Assembly: GCA_043228905.1 (NCBI GenBank)
Contig: JBHGNT010000532.1
Span: 1-21,414, forward strand
DNA: 21,414 nt
Reading direction: 5' to 3'
DNA from: Azolla caroliniana
Taxonomy: Eukaryota > Plantae > Polypodiophyta
Below, one piece after another: positions 12,940-21,414 of this stretch (position 1 is its first letter; every line of letters starts with the position of its first letter). A model generated the notes under the pieces. That model was not told where the DNA came from and ran no database searches. It saw only the letters and a program-made list of their open reading frames with translations. The translations under genes were made by a program, and so were the position numbers.

Positions 12940-13352
12940 GTCATGTCTCTCGACCTGAGTTTCAAAATCTTGATTTTTTAATTCCATATCATAGCTAGCG
13001 TTGTTAGCTTCGATTCGCATGTTTGAACACAAAAATCCGATATCACACGAGCCAGGTATGAACATTTTAATTTACTCAAGCGCTCTTCTCAACACCCTCC
13101 TCAAGTTTGCTACTTTCGTCATGTCTCTCGACCTGAGTTTCAAAATCTTGATTTTTTAATTCGATATCATAGCTAGCGTTGTTAGCTTCGATTCGCATGT
13201 TTGAACACAAAAATCCGATATCACACGAGCCAGGTATGAACATTTTAATTTACTCAAGCGCTCTTCACAACACCCTCCTCAAGTTTGCTAATTTCGTCAT
13301 GTCTCTCGACCTGAGTTTCAAAATCTTGATTTTTTAATTCCATATCATAGCT

Positions 13353-14064
13353 AGCGTTGTTAGCTTCGATTCACATGTTTGAACACAAAAATCCGATATC
13401 ACACGAGCCAGGTATGAACATTTTAATTTACTCAAGCGCTCTTCACAACACCCTCCTCAAGTTTGCTAATTTTGTCATGTCTCTCGACCTGAGTTTCAAA
13501 ATCTAGATTTTTGAATTCTATATCATAGCTAGCGTTGTTAGCTTCGATTCGCATGTTTGAACACAGAAATCCGATATCACACGAGCCAGGTATGAACATT
13601 TTAAATTACTCACGCGCTCTTCTCAACACCCTCCTCAAGTTTGCTAATTTCGTCATGTCTCTCGACCTGAGTTTCAAAATCTTGATTTTTTAATTCCATA
13701 TCATAGCTAGCGTTGTTAGCTTCGATTCACATGTTTGAACACAAAAATCCGATATCACACGAGCCAGGTATGAACATTTTAATTTACTCAAGCGCTCTTC
13801 ACAACACCCTCCTCAAGTTTGCTAATTTTGTCATGTCTCTCGACCTGAGTTTCAAAATCTAGATTTTTGAATTCTATATCATAGCTAGCGTTGTTAGCTT
13901 CGATTCGCATGTTTGAACACAGAAATCCGATATCACACGAGCCAGGTATGAACATTTTAAATTACTCACGCGCTCTTCTCAACACCCTCCTCAAGTTTGC
14001 TAATTTCGTCATGTCTCTCGACCTGAGTTTCAAAATCTTGATTTTTTAATTCCATATCATAGCT
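13353..14064. repeat. 2-monomer HOR (356 bp) x2: (B/I chimera)-J
   Basis: Monomers at 13353 and 13709 share a B body with the TCTAGATTTTTGAATTCTA tail. Monomers at 13531 and 13887 share ACAGAAATCC and AAATTACTCACG. Confidence 0.88.
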
Positions 14065-17000
14065 AGCGTTGTTAGCTTCGAATCGCATGTTTGAACACAA
14101 AAATCCGATATCACACGAGCCAGGTATGAACATTTTAAATTACTCACGCGCTCTTCTCAACACACTCCTCAAATTTGCTAATTTCGTCATGTCTCTCGAC
14201 CTGAGTTTCAAAATCTTCATTTTTTAATTTCATATCATAGCTAGCATTGTTAGCTTCGATTCGCATGTTTGAACACAAAAATCCGATATCACACGAGCCA
14301 GGTATGAACATTTTAATTTACTCAAGGGCTCCTCTCAACTACCTCCTCAAGTTTGCTAATTTCGTCATGTCTCTCGACCTGAGTTTCAAAATCTTGATTT
14401 TTTAATTCCATATCATAGCTAGCGTTGTTAGCTTCGATTTGCATGTTTGAACACAAAAATTCGATATCACACGAGCCAGGTATGAACATTTTAAATTACT
14501 CACGCGCTCTTCTCAACACACTCCTTAAATTTGCTAATTTCGTCATGTCTCTCGACCTGAGTTTCAAAATCTTGATTTTTTAATTCCATATCATAGCTAG
14601 CGTTGTTAGCTTCGAATCGCATGTTTGAACACAAAAATCCGATATCACACGAGCCAGGTATGAACATTTTAAATTACTCACGCGCTCTTCTCAACACACT
14701 CCTCAAATTTGCTAATTTCGTCATGTCTCTCGACCTGAGTTTCAAAATCTTCATTTTTTAATTTCATATCATAGCTAGCATTGTTAGCTTCGATTCGCAT
14801 GTTTGAACACAAAAATCCGATATCACACGAGCCAGGTATGAACATTTTAATTTACTCAAGGGCTCCTCTCAACTACCTCCTCAAGTTTGCTAATTTCGTC
14901 ATGTCTCTCGACCTGAGTTTCAAAATCTTGATTTTTTTATTCGATATCATAGCTAGCGTTGTTAGCTTCGATACGCATGTTTGAACACAAAAATCCGATA
15001 TCACACGAGCCAGGTATGAACATTTTAATTTACTCAAGGGCTCCTCTCAACTACCTCCTCAAGTTTGCTAATTTTGTCATGTCTCTCGACCTGAGTTTCA
15101 AAATCTTGATTTTTTAATTCCATATCATAGCTAGCGTTGTTAGCTTCGATTCGCATGTTTGAACACAAAAATCCGATATCACACAAGCCAGGTATGAACA
15201 TTTTAAATTACTCAAGGGCTCCTCTCAACTCCCTCCTCAAATTTTCTAATTTCGTCATGTCTCTCGACCTGAGTTTCAAAATCTTGATTTTTTTATTCGA
15301 TATCATAGCTAGCGTAGTTAGCTTCGATTCGCATGTTTGAACATAAAAATCCGATATCACACGAGCCAGGTATGAACATTTTAATTTACTCACGCGCTCT
15401 TCTTAACACCCTCCTCAAATTTGCTAATTTCGTCATGTCTCTCGACCTGAGTTTCAAAATCTTGATTTTTTAATTTCATATCATAGCTAGCGTTGTTAGC
15501 TTCGATTCCCATGTTTGAACACAAAAATCCGATATCACACGAGCCAGGTATGAACATTTTAATTTACTCAAGCGCTCTTCTCAACACCCTCCTCAAGTTT
15601 GCTAATTTTTTCATGTCTCTCGACCTGAGTTTCAAAATCTTGATTTTTTAATTCCATATCATAGCTAGCGTTGTTAGCTTCGATACGCATGTTTGAACAC
15701 AAAAATCCGATATCACACGAGCCAGGTATGAACATTTTAATTTACTCAAGGGCTCCTCTCAACTACCTCCTCAAGTTTGCTAATTTCGTAATGTCTCTCG
15801 ACCTGAGTTTCATTATCTTGATTTTTTTATTCGATAAAATAGCTAGCGTTGTTAGCTTCGATTCGAATGTCTCAACACAAAAATCCGATATCACACGAGC
15901 TAGGTATGAACATTTTAATTTACTCAAGGGCTCCTCTCAACTACCTCCTCAAGTTTGCTAATTTCGTCATGTCTCTCGACCTGAGTTTCAAAATCTTGAT
16001 TTTTTTATTCGATATCATAGCTAGCGTTGTTAGCTTCGATACGCATGTTTGAACACAAAAATCCGATATCACACGAGCCAGGTATGAACATTTTAATTTA
16101 CTCAAGGGCTCCTCTCAACTACCTCCTCAAGTTTGCTAATTTTGTCATGTCTCTCGACCTGAGTTTCAAAATCTTGATTTTTTAATTCCATATCATAGCT
16201 AGCGTTGTTAGCTTCGATTCGCATGTTTGAACACAAAAATCCGATATCACACGAGCCAGGTATGAACATTTTAATTTACTCAAGCGCTCTTCACAACACC
16301 CTCCTCAAGTTTGCTAATTTCGTCATGTCTCTCGACCTGAGTTTCAAAATCTTGATTTTTTAATTCCATATCATAGCTAGCGTTGTTAGCTTCGATTCAC
16401 ATGTTTGAACACAAAAATCCGATATCACACGAGCCAGGTATGAACATTTTAATTTACTCAAGCGCTCTTCACAACACCCTCCTCAAGTTTGCTAATTTTG
16501 TCATGTCTCTCGACCTGAGTTTCAAAATCTTGATTTTTTAATTCCATATCATAGCTAGCGTTGTTAGCTTCGATTCGCATGTTTGAACACAAAAATCCGA
16601 TATCACACGAGCCAGGTATGAACATTTTAATTTACTCAAGCGCTCTTCTCAACACCCTCCTCAAGTTTGCTAATTTCGTCATGTCTCTCGACCTAAGTTT
16701 CAAAATCGTGATTTTTTTATTCGATATCATAGCTAGCGTTGTTAGCTTCGATTCGCATGTTTGAACACAAAAATCCGATATCACACGAGCCAGGTATGAA
16801 CATTTTAATTTACTCAAGGGCTCCTCTCAACTACCTCCTCAAGTTTGCTAATTTTGTCATGTCTCTCGACCTGAGTTTCAAAATCTTGATTTTTTAATTC
16901 CATATCATAGCTAGCGTTGTTAGCTTCGATTCGCATGTTTGAACACAAAAATCCGATATCACACGAGCCAGGTATGAACATTTTAATTTACTCAAGGGCT

Positions 17001-17199
17001 CCTCTCAACTACCTCCTCAAGTTTGCTAATTTCGTCATGTCTCTCGACCTGAGTTTCAAAATCTTCATTTTTTAATTCCATATCATAGCTAGCGTTGTTA
17101 GCTTCGAATCGCATGTTTGAACACAAAAATCCGATATCACACGAGCCAGGTATGAACATTTTAAATTACTCACGCGCTCTTCTCAACACACTCCTCAAA

Positions 17200-20100
17200 T
17201 TTGCTAATTTCGTCATGTCTCTCGACCTGAGTTTCAAAATCGTGATTTTTTTATTCGATATCATAGCTAGCGTTGTTAGCTTCGATTCGCATGTTTGAAC
17301 ACAAAAATCCGATATCACACGAGCCAGGTATGAACATTTTAATTTACTCAGTCGCTCTTCTCAACTCCCTCCTCAAATATTCTAATTTAATCATGCCTCT
17401 CGACCTGAGTTTCAAAATCTAGATTTTTGAATTCTATATCATAGCTAGCGTTGTTAGCTTCGATTCGCATGTTTGAACACAGAAATCCGATATCACACGA
17501 GCCAGGTATGAACATTTTAAATTACTCACGCGCTCTTCTCAACACCCTCCTCAAGTTTGCTAATTTCGTCATGTCTCTCGACCTGAGTTTCAAAATCTTG
17601 ATTTTTTAATTCCATATCATAGCTAGCGTTGTTAGCTTCGATACGCATGTTTGAACACAAAAATCCGATATCACACGAGCCAGGTATGAACATTTTAATT
17701 TACTCAAGGGCTCCTCTCAACTACCTCCTCAAGTTTGCTAATTTCATCATGTCTCTCGACCTGAGTTTCAAAATCTTGATTTTTTAATTCCATATCATAG
17801 CTAGCGTTGTTAGCTTCGAATCGCATGTTTGAACACAAAAATCCGATATCACACGAGCCAGGTATGAACATTTTAAATTACTCACGCGCTCTTCTCAACA
17901 CACTCCTCAAATTTGCTAATTTCGTCATGTCTCTCGACCTGAGTTTCAAAATCTTCATTTTTTAATTTCATATCATAGCTAGCATTGTTAGCTTCGATTC
18001 GCATGTTTGAACACAAAAATCCGATATCACACGAGCCAGGTATGAACATTTTAATTTACTCAAGCGCTCTTCACAACACCCTCCTCAAGTTTGCTAATTT
18101 CGTCATGTCTCTCGACCTGAGTTTCAAAATCTTGATTTTTTAATTCCATATCATAGCTAGCGTTGTTAGCTTCGATTCACATGTTTGAACACAAAAATCC
18201 GATATCACACGAGCCAGGTATGAACATTTTAAATTACTCACGCGCTCTTCTCAACACACTCCTCAAATTGGCTAATTTCGTCATGTCTCTCGACCTGAGT
18301 TTCAAAATCTTGATTTTTTTATTCGATATCATAGCTAGCGTTGTTAGCTTCGATTCGCATGTTTGAACATAAAAATCCGATATCACACGAGCCAGGTATG
18401 AACATTTTAATTTACTCACGCGCTCTTCTCAACACCCTCCTCAAATTTGCTAATTTCGTCATGTCTCTCGACCGGAGTTTCAAAATCTTGATTTTTTAAT
18501 TCCATATCATAGCTAGCGTTGTTAGCTTCGATTCGCATGTTTGAACACAAAAATCCGATATCACACGAGCCAGGTATGAATATTTTAATTTACTCAAGCG
18601 CTCTTCTCAACACCCTCCTCAAGTTTGCTACTTTTTTCATGTCTCTCGACCTGAGTTTCAAAATCTTGATTTTTTAATTCCATATCATAGCTAGCGTTGT
18701 TAGCTTCTATTCGCATGTTTGAACACAAAAATCCGATATCACACGAGCCAGGTATGAACATTTTAATTTACTCAAGGGCTCCTCTCAACTACCTCCTCAA
18801 GTTTGCTAATTTCGTCATGTCTCTCGACCTGAGTTTCAAAATCGTGATTTTTTTATTCGATATCATAGCTAGCGTTGTTAGCTTCGATTCGCATGTTTGA
18901 ACACAAAAATCCGATATCACACGAGCCAGGTATGAACATTTTAATTTACTCAGTCGCTCTTCTCAACTCCCTCCTCAAATATTCTAATTTAATCATGCCT
19001 CTCGACCTGAGTTTCAAAATCTAGATTTTTGAATTCTATATCATAGCTAGCGTTGTTAGCTTCGATTCGCATGTTTGAACACAGAAATCCGATATCACAC
19101 GAGCCAGGTATGAACATTTTAAATTACTCACGCGCTCTTCTCAACACCCTCCTCAAGTTTGCTAATTTCGTCATGTCTCTCGACCTGAGTTTCAAAATCT
19201 TGATTTTTTAATTCCATATCATAGCTAGCGTTGTTAGCTTCGATACGCATGTTTGAACACAAAAATCCGATATCACACGAGCCAGGTATGAACATTTTAA
19301 TTTACTCAAGGGCTCCTCTCAACTACCTCCTCAAGTTTGCTAATTTCATCATGTCTCTCGACCTGAGTTTCAAAATCTTGATTTTTTAATTCCATATCAT
19401 AGCTAGCGTTGTTAGCTTCGAATCGCATGTTTGAACACAAAAATCCGATATCACACGAGCCAGGTATGAACATTTTAAATTACTCACGCGCTCTTCTCAA
19501 CACACTCCTCAAATTTGCTAATTTCGTCATGTCTCTCGACCTGAGTTTCAAAATCTTCATTTTTTAATTTCATATCATAGCTAGCATTGTTAGCTTCGAT
19601 TCGCATGTTTGAACACAAAAATCCGATATCACACGAGCCAGGTATGAACATTTTAATTTACTCAAGCGCTCTTCACAACACCCTCCTCAAGTTTGCTAAT
19701 TTCGTCATGTCTCTCGACCTGAGTTTCAAAATCTTGATTTTTTAATTCCATATCATAGCTAGCGTTGTTAGCTTCGATTCACATGTTTGAACACAAAAAT
19801 CCGATATCACACGAGCCAGGTATGAACATTTTAAATTACTCACGCGCTCTTCTCAACACACTCCTCAAATTGGCTAATTTCGTCATGTCTCTCGACCTGA
19901 GTTTCAAAATCTTGATTTTTTTATTCGATATCATAGCTAGCGTTGTTAGCTTCGATTCGCATGTTTGAACATAAAAATCCGATATCACACGAGCCAGGTA
20001 TGAACATTTTAATTTACTCACGCGCTCTTCTCAACACCCTCCTCAAATTTGCTAATTTCGTCATGTCTCTCGACCGGAGTTTCAAAATCTTGATTTTTTA

Positions 20101-20445
20101 ATTCCATATCATAGCTAGCGTTGTTAGCTTCGATTCGCATGTTTGAACACAAAAATCCGATATCACACGAGCCAGGTATGAATATTTTAATTTACTCAAG
20201 CGCTCTTCTCAACACCCTCCTCAAGTTTGCTACTTTTTTCATGTCTCTCGACCTGAGTTTCAAAATCTTGATTTTTTAATTCCATATCATAGCTAGCGTT
20301 GTTAGCTTCTATTCGCATGTTTGAACACAAAAATCCGATATCACACGAGCCAGGTATGAACATTTTAATTTACTCAAGGGCTCCTCTCAACTACCTCCTC
20401 AAGTTTGCTAATTTCGTCATGTCTCTCGACCTGAGTTTCAAAATC
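17200..20445. repeat. 9-monomer HOR (1602 bp), ~2 copies
   Basis: Markers AAATTGGC, ACCGGAG, GAATATTTT, CTACTTTTTT and CTTCTATT each occur twice, 1602 bp apart. ORFs 18163/19765 differ by 1602 = 9x178. Confidence 0.93.
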
Positions 20446-20650
20446 TTGATTTTTTAATTCCATATCATAGCTAGCGTTGTTAGCTTCGATTCACATGTTT
20501 GAACACAAAAATCCGATATCACACGAGCCAGGTATGAACATTTTAATTTACTCAAGCGCTCTTCACAACACCCTCCTCAAGTTTGCTAATTTTGTCATGT
20601 CTCTCGACCTGAGTTTCAAAATCTTGATTTTTTAATTCCATATCATAGCT

Positions 20651-21414
20651 AGCGTTGTTAGCTTCGATTCGCATGTTTGAACACAAAAATCCGATATCAC
20701 ACGAGCCAGGTATGAACATTTTAATTTACTCAAGCGCTCTTCTCAACACCCTCCTCAAGTTTGCTAATTTTGTCATGTCTCTCGACCAGAGTTTCAAAAT
20801 CGTGATTTTTTTATTCGATATCATAGCTAGCGTTGTTAGCTTCGATTCGCATGTTTGAACACAAAAATCCGATATCACACGAACCAGGTATGAACATTTT
20901 AATTTACTCAGTTGCTCTTCTCAACTCCCTCCTCAAATATTCTAATTTAATCATGCCTCTCGACCTGAGTTTCAAAATCTAGATTTTTGAATTCTATATC
21001 ATAGCTAGCGTTGTTAGCTTCGATTCGCATGTTTGAACACAGAAATCCGATATCACACGAGCCAGGTATGAACATTTTAAATTACTCACGCGCTCTTCTC
21101 AACACCCTCCTCAAGTTTGCTAATTTCGTCATGTCTCTCGACCTGAGTTTCAAAATCTTGATTTTTTAATTCCATATCATAGCTAGCGTTGTTAGCTTCG
21201 ATACGCATGTTTGAACACAAAAATCCGATATCACACGAGCCAGGTATGAACATTTTAATTTACTCAAGGGCTCCTCTCAACTACCTCCTCAAGTTTGCTA
21301 ATTTCATCATGTCTCTCGACCTGAGTTTCAAAATCTTGATTTTTTAATTCCATATCATAGCTAGCGTTGTTAGCTTCGAATCGCATGTTTGAACACAAAA
21401 ATCCGATATCACAC
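20651..21414. repeat. Partial, slightly mutated third copy of the C-tail/I-J-K-G block
   Basis: The order matches 17269-17980 and 18871-19582, including the ATTTCATC variant of K. It has private changes ACCAGA, GAACCAGG and CAGTTGC, and is cut by the window end. Confidence 0.82.

Larger units (their letters stand above)
1..21414. repeat. Tandem satellite array, 178-bp monomer, ~120.3 copies (candidate centromeric/pericentromeric satellite)
   Basis: The motif AGC(G/A)TTGTTAGCTTCGA recurs at 1, 179, 357, 535 ... 21185, 21363. ORF-track starts differ by multiples of 178 (2319-361=11x178; 3031-2319=4x178). Approximate consensus: AGCGTTGTTAGCTTCGATTCGCATGTTTGAACACAAAAATCCGATATCACACGAGCCAGGTATGAACATTTTAATTTACTCAAGCGCTCTTCTCAACACCCTCCTCAAGTTTGCTAATTTCGTCATGTCTCTCGACCTGAGTTTCAAAATCTTGATTTTTTAATTCCATATCATAGCT. 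The array runs to both window edges. The confidence applies to the repeat call; centromeric function is inferred only. Confidence 0.99.

Noticed and set aside
15671-15961. 96-aa ORF, the longest in the track
   Set aside because: It is a chance read-through: the TTTGA>TCTCA change in a diverged monomer removes the stop, and translation continues in another frame of the same repeat.
432-20021. Repeated 61-aa minus-strand ORFs (MSKLKCSY...)
   Set aside because: They are antisense shadows that depend on the same tail SNP and are about one monomer long, with no evidence of coding constraint.
361-20858. Repeated 67-aa plus-strand ORFs (MLASIRMFEHK...)
   Set aside because: They start at TTG and open only when a tail SNP changes TAA to TTA. 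They end at a TGA in the next monomer because 178 is not a multiple of 3. Most monomers carry the stop, and I recognise no domain.
1-21414. CRISPR array or repeat-spacer cassette system
   Set aside because: There are no unique spacers. The variable segments are point-mutant alleles of the same sequence, the period is 178 bp, and there are no cas genes or leader.
1-21414. Transposon insertion, inversion or telomeric repeat within the array
   Set aside because: The monomer register is continuous from 1 to 21414 apart from 1-2-bp indels, with no strand switch or foreign sequence.
1-21414. Rolling-circle or concatemer sequencing artefact
   Set aside because: Monomers carry structured, linked and hierarchically shared variants, not identical copies with random errors.

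Overview
The whole 21,414-bp window is one uninterrupted head-to-tail tandem satellite array, all in one orientation. It holds 120 full ~178-bp monomers plus a partial one (about 38% GC, counted by hand on monomer 1). I found no genes, transposon insertions, inversions or unique flanking DNA, and all listed ORFs are by-products of the repeat. Monomer size and homogeneity fit a eukaryotic centromeric or pericentromeric satellite, but I cannot identify the organism or family, and centromere function is an inference. Typing monomers by diagnostic SNPs shows non-random order: local higher-order repeats (HORs) of 2, 3, 5, 9 and 20 monomers, chimeric monomers at block junctions, and a more diverged island near 14.4-16.0 kb. 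The monomer also has short dyad symmetries, and many variants are CpG transitions. Monomer labels used below are mine: A=AGCATT+CTTCAC, B=TTCACATG+CTTCAC+TTTTGTC, C=ATCGTGATTTTTTTATTCG tail, D=CATACG+GGG allele+TTTTTTC, E=AAGGACTC, F=CTTCTC+TTCGA tail, G=GAATCG+AAATTACTCACG+CACACTC, H=AACATCTAC, I=CAGTCG...TCTAGA, J=ACAGAAATCC, K=GATACG, L=GATTTCTTTATTTC. I see no support for a novel protein-coding system; the interest lies in the satellite architecture. All comparisons were made by eye.
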